A stretch of DNA of 64,000 nucleotides from Octopus vulgaris (taxonomy: Eukaryota). Made by a program: the position numbers and the translations under genes. Below the pieces are notes generated by a model. The model saw nothing but the letters and a program-made list of their open reading frames with translations. It searched no databases and was not told where the DNA came from. The DNA is taken from assembly GCA_951406725.2 (NCBI GenBank), contig OX597815.1:211234001-211298000 (forward strand), in the 5' to 3' direction. Below are positions 26,692-38,780 of the stretch, piece by piece; within the stretch, counting starts at the first letter, position 1, and each line of letters starts with the position of its first letter.

Positions 26692-26949
26692 CGGCCTTGT
26701 TGTTGTTGTGGTGGTTCTTGCTGCTGTTGTTGGTACAGTAGTTGTCATTGGGGATGATGGCTGTGGCGATGAAGAGGATGAAGATTGTGAATCGGAGTTT
26801 AATTTATTTATGGTGGGGGGCAACATTTCTGTACATTCTTGTATATTACAATGCTTCTTGGAGCTTGGTTTTAGATCAAGATCACATAATTCCATACCAA
26901 CACATGTAACATCTCGATAGTGAAAGCCTCCATCACATGATCTGGAACA
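26053..26949 (-). CDS. ADAMTS7: ADAMTS7/12-like exon: TSP1 repeat plus Thr/Ser/Pro-rich mucin-like domain (CSRSCDGGFHYRDVTC...YQWTFRKWTL)
   Basis: Acceptor tattctcag, donor gtaagt; 897 nt (299 codons) open, phase 0 -> 0, inside ORF 25762..27009. A mucin insert between TSR arrays is the ADAMTS7/12 architecture. Confidence 0.93.
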
Positions 26950-27485
26950 CTGAGAATAAAAGAATTTAATTAAAAAAAAGCACAGAATGATAAAATTAAA
27001 CAAGAACACTTTTTTTTAGTTTGTTTTTTTTTTTTTAGGGTATGCTAAAAGTAATTTTAATCTGTGAAATTCTCTCAAAGTTAGAATCAACAGCTGTAAA
27101 TACAGGCTTGTTTACATTATTTTATATCTTCCAAAAATAGAAACCGAGAATGACAGAAAAAAAATAGATATTAAGAAGCAGCAAGAAATATTATTATTGT
27201 TACTCAAATTGAAACGAAAGAAAAATATCTCAAATATAACATTTCTTTTGGTTCTATACCAGGTTAATTTTTTTAGAATATGTTTCATGTGACTGAACTA
27301 ACACCAGTTTTTTAATGTTTATTTACTTTAATAAACCTCTAGATTTATTACAGGTGAAACTAATTCTAATAAGATTTGAATACAGAACTGAGAAGTTTAA
27401 AATTAAACACAGGTACTTTACTGTCAGCCTTTTCCACTATAGTAATAAGTTTCAAAATAAAGTTGAGTTTTTTTAGTTGACCTAC

Positions 27486-27635
27486 CAAAGACCATTCACT
27501 GACAGACCAGTGTCCACATATCATGTTAGAGCAACGAACACTTGTGGCTAATTTTGTAGCATTGTGACATCCAATAATTGGATCTTCACAAACAACCTCT
27601 CGTTTTTTCCAGCCACATGGATTATTCGTGCAAGT
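27486..27635 (-). CDS. ADAMTS7: ADAMTS7/12-like exon: short divergent TSP1 repeat (TCTNNPCGWKKREVVCEDPIIGCHNATKLATSVRCSNMICGHWSVSEWSL)
   Basis: Not in the ORF track; translated by hand. Acceptor aatttcag, donor gtaggt; 150 nt, phase 0 -> 0, with TSR-type Cys/Trp spacing. Confidence 0.9.
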
Positions 27636-27902
27636 CTGAAATTATACAAAGAAAATAATTGTAACAATATTTGTCATACATTTTTGTACTATAAAATTTC
27701 ATGCATAATACACAGTTTTTAACAAAAATCAGCATTAAAACTAGGGCTGCAGAAAGTTCATGATATTAGGTTGCAAATTTCCCCACCAAACACAACTGCC
27801 ACAACCACCACCACCAACATCATTTTTATTAAGAAAAATATCAAAATGTGATTAAGCCATAATATTTACATTATTTTACCAAAGATCAATATATCTTTCT
27901 AT

Positions 27903-28300
27903 AGGCATAGGAGTGGCTGTGTGGTAAGTAGCTTGCTTACGAACCACATGGTTCCGGGTTCAGTCCCACTGCGTGGCACCTTGGGCAAGTGTCTTCTACT
28001 ATAGCTTCAGGCTGACCAAAGCCTTGTGAGTGGATTTGGTAGACAGAAACAGAAAGAAGCCTGTCGTATATATGTATATATATATGTGTGTGTGTGTTTG
28101 TGTGTCCATGTTTGTTCACCCAGCATTGCTTGACAACCGATGATGGTATGTTTACGTCCCCATAACTTAGCAGTTCGGCAAAAGAGACCGATAGAATAAG
28201 TACTAGGCTTACAAAGAATAAGTCCTGGGGTCGATTCGCTCGACTAAAGGTGGTGCTCCAGCATGGCCACAGTCAAATGACTTAAACAAGTAAATGAGTA
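27903..28300 (+). mobile_element. tRNA-derived SINE family A, full-length copy
   Basis: GGAGTGGCTGTGTGGTAAG (A box) .. GGTTCAGTCCC (B box), internal (TA)/(TG) tract, tail GGTGCTCCAGCATGGCCACAGTCAAATGAC..AAACAAG. Confidence 0.9.
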
Positions 28301-28386
28301 TATATATGTATGTATATGTATACATACGTATATGTATGTATCTGTATATATGTATTTATGTATATATGTATGTGTGTATGTGTATG

Positions 28387-28421
<35 letters not shown>

Positions 28422-29484
28422 CATCATGAGTATTTAGCCTGATGGCAAGCTAGAAAAATCCTTTTGAACAATAAAAAAACAAAAGATTTCTCACAGTCAA
28501 AATGATTGAAATAGGTAAAGAATACATGCACACACACACATATACACACGTATGCATACACACGCACATACAGACGAGCAGACACATGCAGACACAGATA
28601 TGCATTTTAAATCTCTTATTTTCATCGCATATGATTAAAAGTAAACATGTGCAGTGTAGATACCAAACAAGCAATAACTATTTTTCTCATAGATTGTAAT
28701 ATCTGTTTGAATATTGCAATGTAATAATTCTGTGTCAGTTTCTACCGTTTGGTAAAGAACTTGTCTGAAACTATTTAACAGCGATGTGTGCAATGATTTC
28801 CATGGAGGTTTTATATGCTATTATAAAAACATATTGGATGAAACTGCAACAAATAAACCTCCCAATATGTTTATAAAACTTGTTTTTATTACGAGCTTGA
28901 TCCATTCCGTCATTTATAACATGCCACGCATTGGGATGCAGGTGGGACCAGATGCCGAGCAGACTGCCTGCTTTTATTACCCGATTTTGCCATCTTTGAT
29001 ATATGTGTGTGTGTGTGTGTGTGTTTTCTGGATTATTCTAATAATAACTCCAGTTATATCAGTTTATATAATGATAAGTTATATTTGGTTAGCAGATACA
29101 TGCATGCATATCAATACCCATCTGCCTGCCTTTCTTGTCTGTCTGTCTGTCTGTCTGTTTCTCTCTCTCTCTCTCTCTCTCACTCTCTCTACACACACAC
29201 ACACACACTTGCTCCTCTGAGAACAATTTTTCAAGTCCATAGTCTTACTCCTAAGTGACTACATATTTTCATTTACACTCTGAAATAATGATAAAATGCA
29301 CTTTCATTCTAATCAGCATCACATTCATATTCATCATTATCATCATCAGCATCATTATTTTCACGTCTGCTTTTCCATGCCGGCATGGGTTGGACAAATC
29401 ATCTCCAACACACCTTCACAGCACTTTCTACATTCCTTTGTCATCTTCTTTTTGAGGTTCAGCCCCAATGAGTTCAGCTTTCAT

Positions 29485-29530
<46 letters not shown>

Positions 29531-30208
29531 TGTGTCAGCAAATTTTATCCTTTATATATATACTGTTCAGTATTTACATGTTGGAAAAATATACCTTTCT
29601 TCTTGTTATAAAATTATAGATTTCTATATTCAAAAACTAATAAAAAGTTAAGAACTTTATGGAAAATCTCTGACACAGACATTAACCCTGTTTCTTTAAC
29701 CAATACTAATTTATAAATTATTTAACAGAAGGAAAATTGAACTGATATTATTCATTGAAATAATTTATTCCTTATATAACCAAATTAACCTTATATAACC
29801 TTATATAATCTTATATAATATAGCTTCAGGCTGACCAAAGCCTTTTGAGTGGATTTGGTAGACAGAAACAGAAAGAAGCCTATCGTATATATGTATATAA
29901 TGTGTCTGTGTGTGTTTGCGTGTGTGTCCGTGTTTGTCCACCCAACATTGCTTGACAACCGATGCTGGTATGTTTACGTCACTGTAACTTAGCAGTTCGG
30001 CAAAAGAGACCGATAGAATAAGTACTAGGCTTACAAAGAATAAGTCCTGGGGTAATGTAATTATATAACCAAATTAATATCAAATAAGGATTACAGCATT
30101 AAAAGAAAAAAACAATGGTATAAGAAGGCTCCACAGTGGACTCATCTATACATATCCATGCAACTATTTCTAAATTCTTTCTTGAAGTCAAAAATAAGAT
30201 ATACTTAC

Positions 30209-30428
30209 ATCATCCCATGGACTACTAATCCATCGACTGACTTTAGGACAAAGGACATCTGTATGGTGACATTCTTTCTCATGATTTGGCTTTTTCTGAC
30301 CAATACATGCTGAATCGTCCAGTGCCATTTGTTCTTTGTCACCAAAGCTTCTCACACACATCACTGTTCGCCGTTGCACTCCTGAGCCACAGGTTACAGA
30401 GCAATGTTGCCATGGGCCTTCCCACCAC
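30209..30428 (-). CDS. ADAMTS7: ADAMTS7/12-like exon: TSP1 repeat (WWEGPWQHCSVTCGSGVQRRTVMCVRSFGDKEQMALDDSAC...WISSPWDD)
   Basis: Acceptor ttcttcaag, donor gtaagt; 220 nt, phase 2 -> 0. The RxVxCVRSxGxxEQxAL segment resembles the third TSR of vertebrate ADAMTS7/12. Confidence 0.95.
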
Positions 30429-30737
30429 CTTGAAGAAAATTTTGTAAAACATTTTTAAATAAAAGTGTTTAGAATATAAAAAAAATAGCAAATTCAATAA
30501 GATATCTCAAATATATGATATCAAACTAAGTTTGGTTATGAAATGCAAATGTTTTGAAACAAAATCATTTCTGTTTTATTCTAAACTTAACTTATTCAAG
30601 TCATCTTCTCGATGTGTGATAAATTACAGAGCACGAAATATTTGTATTTTATAATCAACAGTATCTGTACAGATATATCCCGTATTCATACACATGCACA
30701 CATGAGTGTGTGTCTATGTATATATATATATATATAT

Positions 30738-30932
30738 AAAGTTAATCCAAAGAAGAAAGCACAAAAAAACACAACGCGAGGACGTGGAACAAATATAGTA
30801 TTATTGGACGCTCAGGAAAGAAGGAAAGAAGGAAAGACAGAGGGTTTAACGTTTCGAGCGGAGCTCTTCGTCGGAAACATAGGAGTACGGAAGACAGAGG
30901 AAAAAAATCGCCAACGGTACACACGCGGTCAC
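30738..30932 (-). mobile_element. HHR-bearing Penelope-like terminal fragment in (TA)n (second copy ~61342-61550)
   Basis: Two ~200-bp homologous copies 30 kb apart, both starting AAAGTTAATCCAAA beside (TA)n and both carrying the minimal HHR. Confidence 0.6.
30844..30878 (-). ncRNA. Minimal (dimer-type) hammerhead motif, U4C core variant
   Basis: Reverse complement reads GTTT-CCGACGA-a-GAGC-tcc-GCTC-GAA-ACGT-T-AAAC; ACGT palindrome as stem III. Confidence 0.7.
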
Positions 30933-31009
30933 ATATATATATATATATATATACACATATATATATATATATATATACACATATATATATACACATAGTA
31001 TACATATAT

Positions 31010-31680
31010 ATCATCATTGTTTAGCGTCCGCTTTCCATGCTAGTATGGGTTGGACAGTTCAACTGGGGTCTGGGAAGCCAGAAGACTGCACCAGGCCCAG
31101 TCTGATTTAGCAATGTTTCTACAGCTGGATGCCCTTCCTAACGTTAACCACTCCGAGAGTGTAGTGGGTGCTTTTTACGTTCCACCAGCACAGGTGCCAG
31201 ACAAGGCTGGCAAACGTCCATGATTGGATGGTGCTTCTTACGTGCCACCGGCACGGAGGCCAGGCAAGGCTGGCAACGGCCTTGATCGGATGGTGCTTTT
31301 TACGTGCCACCGGCACGGAGGCCAGTCGGGGCGGCGCTGGCAACGACCACGTTCGGATGGGTATTGATGTTGATCAATTTCGATTTTGATTTTCGCTTGC
31401 TTCAACAGGTCTTTGCAAGTAGAGTTTTGTGTCCCAAGAAGGAAAGGTATGCATAAGTGGACTGGCTACATCCCAGGTAGAGGTCACAGGTTATGGTCTC
31501 ACTTGTCCTGCCGGGTCTTCTCACACACACCATACTTCGAAAGGTCTCGGTCTCTAGTCATTTCCTCGGTGAGACCTAAAGTTCAAAGGTCGTGCTTCAC
31601 CACCTCGTCCCAGGTTTTCCTGGGTTTACCTCTTCCACAAGTTCCCTCAACTGCTAGGGTGTGGCACTTTTTCACACAAC
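31010..31680 (-). mobile_element. RTE LINE 3' fragment (same family as 23360); further tails at ~6310-6845, 7140-7575, 11263-11815, 15145-15450, 18262-18760, 21403-21650, 43917-44100, 47483-47780, 52745-52975, 57535-57745, 58365-58655
   Basis: Shared CATCATCATCGTTTAACGTCCG..CCATGCTAGCATGGGTTGGAC..CTGGATGCCCTTCCTAACGCCAACCAC sequence. Confidence 0.88.
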
Positions 31681-32544
31681 TAGCACACATATATATTACA
31701 TATATACATAAAGATATACATATATATACATTTATGCACACATACACACACACATGAATACACCAACATATTTATACACACACACACATGTATAAAGAGA
31801 AAAAGAGGAAGTAACAGAGCAACAGAGGAAAAGGAAGAGTGGAGAATGAGATAGCAATTTCCTTCAATAAATGATAATTCTTACTGAATTCTTTGAAAAG
31901 AAGAGGGAAAATAAGTTACAATACTGATATTTGTTTCAAGGAAATCATTCCAGCCAAGAATCAAAGCTGGGTCACAGACACAATATGCCATGAACTTCGT
32001 GCCAATCCATAATTCTCACCTCATTAATTGAACAGATGAAATTGATTGTGATTAAAATTATGGCTTCTTTACACTTACCCATTCCTTCAGTGATTTAATA
32101 TAATAATCTGCATTCATTGTTTAATTAAATTCATTGATTAATCTTTTGCTTTGTTTATATCAATTTTTAATAAATTATTAGCAACAAATATAATTTAGTA
32201 GTACAATGGTTGTAAAGTTAAAGCACTTGATGACTTTGATGTGGTAATGAGCAAAATCATTATTCCTATACAACCAGTAGATCTATGGTCAAAGATGCTC
32301 CAGCTGTGCCAACCCCATTTTCTTCCAGCCATGGTATAAATAGGATTATGTAATTCAACAGTATAACTATCAGCTCTGAAAAACACAGTGTTACACAACC
32401 AGGCTGTTATTTAACATCCAGTTTAACATCCAGTGTGAAACCAATTGTTAAGATAGGCTATAATGGGTACATAACACAGTACACTTTGTTATGTGTATGT
32501 GTATAAATGTGTATATATATATATATATGTATAGATAGATAGAT

Positions 32545-33310
32545 ATTTGGCTATTTCTTCAACTGGATGTGATCTTTCATTGTTTTTCCCTTATTCCTAT
32601 GTGAGTTATTTTTCTGAGTATACATTGTCTGGAGACTTTTATTTGCAGTTGAAGAAATAGCCAAGTTTTTGGCTGCTATTTCGGAAAAGTTCGGTGTGTA
32701 GTAAAGTGAATTCTTTTACTTTACCATATTTTTATAAATTAATACTTCAAATATACCGTAAATGGTCTTTACATACCGAATACTGCTTGGTCGAATTTAT
32801 TAATAATTAATTGATTCGACCCCCATTTTCTCATAACAATATAATGCTTTCTCTCCAAGAATTTAAACTGCAGTTTTTACCTCTGTAGAAATGGAATGCT
32901 CTATGACTCACGTGGGCGGACAGGGAGAATAATAGATCTCATTCGTATTTTTGGATTCGCTAGTACTGGATGTCTGGCATAGTTTGTCCGATGTTACAGA
33001 TATCGGACGGGTATGTTTGATTCTTAGTATTTTCAAATCTAAATCAAAAGAAATCTCTGAGCTGATGAAGGAAAAGTGGCGTTTTACCCACAAATCCAGA
33101 AACAGACTGTCCTCGGGTATCGTATATGGATGTGATCTTTCATTGTTTTTCCCTTATTCCTATGTGAGTTATTTTTCTGAGTATACATTGTCTGGAGACT
33201 TTTATTTGCAGTTGAAGAAATAGCCAAGTTTTTGGCTGCTATTTCGGAAAAGTTCGGTGTGTGGTAAAGTGAATTCTTTTACTTTACCATATTTTTATAA
33301 ATTAATACTT
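32545..33310 (+). mobile_element. Penelope-like element remnant with partial-tandem pseudo-LTR structure
   Basis: ~185-bp direct repeats at ~32564-32747 and ~33127-33310; HHR immediately 5' of the second copy; short inverted copy TTGGCTATTTCTTCAACTG at the left junction; flanked by (TA)n/(GATA)n. Confidence 0.65.
33056..33117 (+). ncRNA. Type I hammerhead ribozyme motif
   Basis: TCTGAG-CTGATGA-aGGA..GTGG/CCAC..TCCa-GAAA-CAGACTG-TC-CTCGGG. Stem I 6 bp with GU pairs, GUC site after 33111; A.A mismatch at the base of stem II. Confidence 0.75.
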
Positions 33311-33348
33311 TTATAGATAGATAGATAGATAGATAGACAGATAGATAG

Positions 33349-33403
<55 letters not shown>

Positions 33404-33443
33404 TAATATATAGATAGATGGAATGAGTTAAAGATTTTATTGG

Positions 33444-33485
33444 GTACAAAACATGTTTCGACCCATTCTAGATCTCTTCAGGTAC
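33444..33485 (-). ncRNA. Type I hammerhead motif, partly decayed (decayed inverted copy at 34686-34727)
   Basis: Reverse complement reads GTAC-CTGAAGA-GATC-tagaatg-GGTC-GAAA-CATGTT-TT-GTAC. The partner copy reads GAAA-GATATG-TC-ATAC. Confidence 0.65.
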
Positions 33486-33524
33486 ATCAATAAAAAGTCT
33501 CACTAGAAATTTCCTGAGTCAGTT

Positions 33525-33561
<37 letters not shown>

Positions 33562-34815
33562 TGTGTTGCGTATTGCCTTTATCCTTCCATTCATCCATCC
33601 ATCAGAAACAGCTTTTCTTTTAGATGTATTGAAAATTTAAACCTGCTCTATTTTTATCCTTTCTATCAAGATTGTTTCATATTTTGCAGTTTATATTGTC
33701 TGTCTGATGTACACATGGCACCCACAACTCTTAGTACACATGAACTTGAGGACCTATATTTGAATAACTTGTATTTGTGATATGATCTTGCAATCTAGAT
33801 CCATATATGTATATATATGCATATGTATGCATATATATGTGTGTATATGCATATATGTGTACGTGTATGTGTGTATATATGTATATATGTGTGTGTATGT
33901 GCGTGAATATGTGTATATGTACATATATATAGATATATTTGTCTACACATTCAAGTGTGTGCACTTGCATTTTTTGTAGGTGTGTGTATATATATTAGTG
34001 TGGATCTGTGCATATGTGTACACAGGTGTGTTTATGTGTATATATATATGCATACATGTGCATGCGTATATGTATATGTGTTTATATATTTACTTATGTG
34101 TATATGTAAGTGTATTAACATGTGCGTGTGTGTATATATGTGTGTGTATGTGTGTCAAACTTTGCACAGACATTTGTATCTTGCTTTATGTACAAATATG
34201 TGCACATATTTATCTATGCTATGTGCGTATATTTATGTATATATACACGTTTGTACTTGCATATATGAGTTCCTATACATATGTATTCGTCCATACGTGT
34301 GCATTTGTGTGTGTGTATCTGGTTGTATGTACATGTCCATATACTTGGATATGCATGTGTGAGCGCATAAGTATATATGCGTATATATATGTGTGTGTGT
34401 GTGTGTGTATGTACATGTGCATCTAGGCACAAACACAAAAGAAATTTTTGTCTAAGCATTATTTTCATTTCAATCTCTACTTCGTTTTCTTTCTCTTAAC
34501 AGTTGCAACAGCGAAGACTCGTTACGTCATTTTCTCTAAACTAGAATGTATAATTTCCATGTTCATATTTTAATGTTTTGTGTTTCGGTAATTTTTCTCT
34601 GTTTTTATTCATTCTCGAAAATTTGTTGGATGTATAGTGGTACGTAAGCCGATTCAGGAAATCTCTAGTGAGACCTTTTATTAATGTACCCAAAGAAACC
34701 CAGAATGGGTCGAAAGATATGTCATACCCAATAAAATCTTTTACTCATTCCATCTATTTTATTAATACTGTTATATATATAGTGTACTAACCATATATGT
34801 ATATGAATATATATA

Positions 34816-34864
<49 letters not shown>

Positions 34865-34901
34865 GCTAGCATGGAAAACGGACGCTAAACGATGATGATA
34901 T

Positions 34902-35030
34902 ATATACTTTATTTAAAAGCAATAGAAATATGACAAAAGCTGTTACTCGGAGTTTTACATTCCAAACGGGAACATGAAACTCTGAGTATCAGCTTTTGTT
35001 ATATTTCTGCTGCTTTTAAATGAAGCATAT
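34902..35030. repeat. Fold-back hairpin with 3' half of an HHR (GAAA-CTCTGAG-TA)
   Basis: Arms ~34902-34963 and ~34969-35030, adjacent to (TA)n. Confidence 0.75.
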
Positions 35031-35096
35031 TACTCTACCTCTGGTATTTGAGTACTCTTTTTTCCACCTTGTTTTACATTTATGTGCTTACTCCAG

Positions 35097-35130
<34 letters not shown>

Positions 35131-35328
35131 TGTATATATATATGAATACACACACACACACACAACAGGCTTCCACACAGTTTCCATGAACTAAATTCAC
35201 CGACAAGGCACTGGCTGGCCTATGGCTATAGCAGAAGGCACTTGGCTCAAGTTGCTACACTGCAGAACCAAACATATGTGGTTGCATAATGAGATTCTTA
35301 ATGATACAGCCATACCAATACCTATACA

Positions 35329-35369
<41 letters not shown>

Positions 35370-36890
35370 TAGTAATAACGCCTACACTTATCACCTACTT
35401 CAAAGAGACAGCAATATATTCTAATGTCACTTCATCCTGAAGTTAATACCATAAAGGCTGAGGCTGGATTTGGCAAGTATACTATTCAATATAAACTGCA
35501 AAATATGAAACAATCTTGATAAAAAGGATAAAAATAGAACAGGTTTAAATTTTCAATACATCTAAAAGAAAAGCTGTTTCTGATGGCTGGATGGATGGAT
35601 GGATGAAGGCAACGCATACATATATAGCATCTCCTTATACATAAAAGCATCACAGACCATACAACCACGTATAAACATATGCACAGCTCATACAGTTTTG
35701 TTGGAGACATTGTGATTGCTATTCTTTTGATAAATGCTAATTTTAACCATCAAGAGAGTTTGTTCCTTGATTTATTTCCAGTCTACCTGCTTGTTACATA
35801 GAAGCTAACCACTAATGCTTCAGTCTGATTGTCAGTAACAACACCTGCATTGATTCCAAATTATTATCGCAGAGCTCCCCCCAAACGAGCTGCTACTGGA
35901 GTTCTTATTAGCATTCTCTTATATGAAATTACATAAAACCTATATCCACACTTCAAAACATCCGTGTATATATACAAACACATGCATACAACAAGCAAGT
36001 TACCACACTCACACAATTACATACACATTCATATACACACACATGTATAGTCTTATATTACTAAACATATGCTGCATATTATTTGATTTTGCTATCACAG
36101 GTATTATTTCTGTAGAAAATTGTCAGTGTGTGATGCGATGTTTTCAAAAATTGTTGCTGTACCAATTTTCCTGTAGTATTTCTCATGCATTTTTCTTTTT
36201 TCTTTAATTTTATCATTTTCCTTTTACTTACTTTTCATGCATAATTCAAGATTATAGTCTCAGATCAAAAAGTATAAATTTTCTAAAATACCCTTTTGTC
36301 ATATTCTGATTAATTTTACTGATCTACTTTCATTGCTAATCACCGTTTCTCATTGGAAAACAGTGTTACTTTAGGACTAGGTTATGCATCAGATTTCTCA
36401 TATATCAAGCTTTCACCTGACTTTTATACATGGATCCATGGCTTTCTAACAAAAATAATCTTTGAAACTCTGCTTTCTTGAAAGAGAAATTTTTAGAAGG
36501 AAATGGTAACATTGTCTAGCACCTATAAAATTGCTCCATTTCCATTTTGTTGAAAACCTCCAAAAGCAGTATGGTATATATCACAATTATACTAGTAGTA
36601 ATGTTTATAATAATAATAATAATAGTAATAATAATGATAATAATAATGGTTTCAAATTTTTAGTACAAGACCAGCAATTTAGGGGGAGCAGATAAGTCAA
36701 ATACATTAACTCCAGTGCTCAACTGGTACTTGTTTTATCAACCCCGAAAAGATGAAAGGCAAAGTCGACATCAGTGAAATTTGAACTCAGAATGTAAAGA
36801 TGGACAAAATTCCACTAAGTATTTTGCCTAGTGTGCTAATGACTCTCCCAGCTCACTATGATAATAATAATAATAATAATAATAATAATA

Positions 36891-37199
36891 GGGTGTCATA
36901 TATTTGGTTTTGCACATAGTATTGTTCAAGAGAATGTTTAAGAAAACGAAGAAAATTATGAGTTTGTTTTAAAATTTGAGATTACATAGACAGTGTTTTG
37001 TGTAGGATATGGGCAATTCCCATGGGCACTATCTTTTGAATTCTTCTCCAAAATAGCAGAAATTCATTGGAACTGCCCATATCCTACATAAAACACTGTC
37101 TATGTAATCTCAAATTTTAAAACAAACTCATAATTTTCTTATGTTTTCTTAAACATTCTCTAAAAGAATACTATGTGCAAAACCAAATATATGACACCC
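36891..37199. mobile_element. MITE with ~130-bp terminal inverted repeats (GGGTGTCATA...TATGACACCC), TA flanks
   Basis: Long TIRs, ~50-bp spacer, TA on both sides; no HHR motif found. Confidence 0.75.
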
Positions 37200-37481
37200 T
37201 AGGCATAGCACCAACAGGAACTTCTAACCTGTTGTCTCTTGAGGTCGGTCTCTGGGTGAGACCTGTAATCAAGATGTACAAATACAAAGCAAAAGTCAAA
37301 CATAATAATAATAATAAGAGGTGCAGGAGTGGCTGTGTGATAAGAAGCTTGCTTCCCAGCCACATGGTTCCAGGTTCAGTCCCACTGTGTGGCACCTTGG
37401 GCAAATGTCTTCAACTATAGCCCCGGGCCAACCAAAGCCTTGTGAGTGGATTTGGTAGATGGAAACTGAAAGAAGCCCATC

Positions 37482-37514
<33 letters not shown>

Positions 37515-37515
<1 letters not shown>

Positions 37516-37684
37516 AAGAAAAAAGCAACAAGAATGGATTAGTTGTTCAGTACAATTGTTTCATACGAAGAACAGATTTATTAAAAGCTGCAAAAATTCC
37601 AATTTTTGGAGCTTTTAATAAATCTGTTCTTCATATGAAACAATTGTACTGAACAACTAATCCATTCTTGTTGCTTTTTTCTTG
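37515..37684. repeat. Fold-back hairpin (~85-bp arms) next to (TA)n
   Basis: Direct reverse-complement match with a 2-nt loop at 37599-37600; contains GAAA-CAATTG-TA. Confidence 0.85.
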
Positions 37685-37806
37685 GTTATAATCACCCCAC
37701 ATTATTTTATGGTTAATACCATAAAGATTTCTGGTGCATCTAAGTTAAGTACCACATTCATGTGAATTCATTGGAACTCACTTGAATCTTAATTGTTTTA
37801 CTGAAA

Positions 37807-37848
<42 letters not shown>

Positions 37849-38023
37849 GTATATATATATATGTATATATATATATGTATATATATATATGTATATATAT
37901 ATATGTATATATATATATGTATATATATATATGTATATATATGTATATATATATATGTATATATATATATGTATGTATGTATTTGTGTAATACAGTTCTG
38001 TATTTAAGAGATGAGGAATTATG

Positions 38024-38193
38024 TATATTATTTACATTCGACAGATATTTGTCCTCATCTTATTTGGTGTTAACACAATGTTTTGGCTGATATACCCTCC
38101 AGCCTGCATCCAGGCTGGAGGGTATATCAGCTGAAACGTTGTGCTAACAGCAAACAAGATGAGGACAAATATCCGTCAAATGTAAATAATGTA
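38024..38193. repeat. Fold-back hairpin with truncated HHR (GGCTG..CAGCT-GAA-ACGT-T-GTG)
   Basis: Arms 38024-38106 and 38111-38193; the fold point falls where the HHR core would be. Confidence 0.8.
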
Positions 38194-38742
38194 TTTGTGT
38201 GTCAGTGTTTGTCCCCTCTCCACGTCATTGCTTGACAATGGGTGAGGGGATGAATAAAGTCAATGAAGCACACATGATGAGTGCTTGATAAGTAGGGGAG
38301 GTCAGGAGGAGCAGGTGACAACTGCAAAATTGGGTTGAGGGATGGTGATTTAGTGCAAAAGGATGCAGGGAATGGTGGATAGGGGCTAATATGACCAAAG
38401 ATGCATGGATGTGAAGAGCAGCAGAATACTCCTACTGAAATAGCTGATGGAGAAGGATGAGAGAAAGCAGTTGGTTGAGGGGGAGAGAGTTTGAATCGAA
38501 ACAATTGTAGGGATTATTAATATTTATATTATAATAATAATAATATAATATTATGTTAATGAATTTATAAATGCCAGTTTAAACTCTCCATGTTCCTTTT
38601 ATTATTTTTGTATAATGTGTATATACCCATTTGTATTGTAGAAAATATTTTCCTACCAATTAAACCAGTGAGAATTGGATGTTTCTATCCCTATAAGAGG
38701 AGTTGGTTTCCTTGTATTGGATTACATATATGTGTGTGTGTG

Positions 38743-38780
<38 letters not shown>

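Noticed and set aside
26240-26920. 226-aa Val-rich plus-strand ORF
   Set aside because: Antisense shadow of the Thr-rich ADAMTS mucin exon.
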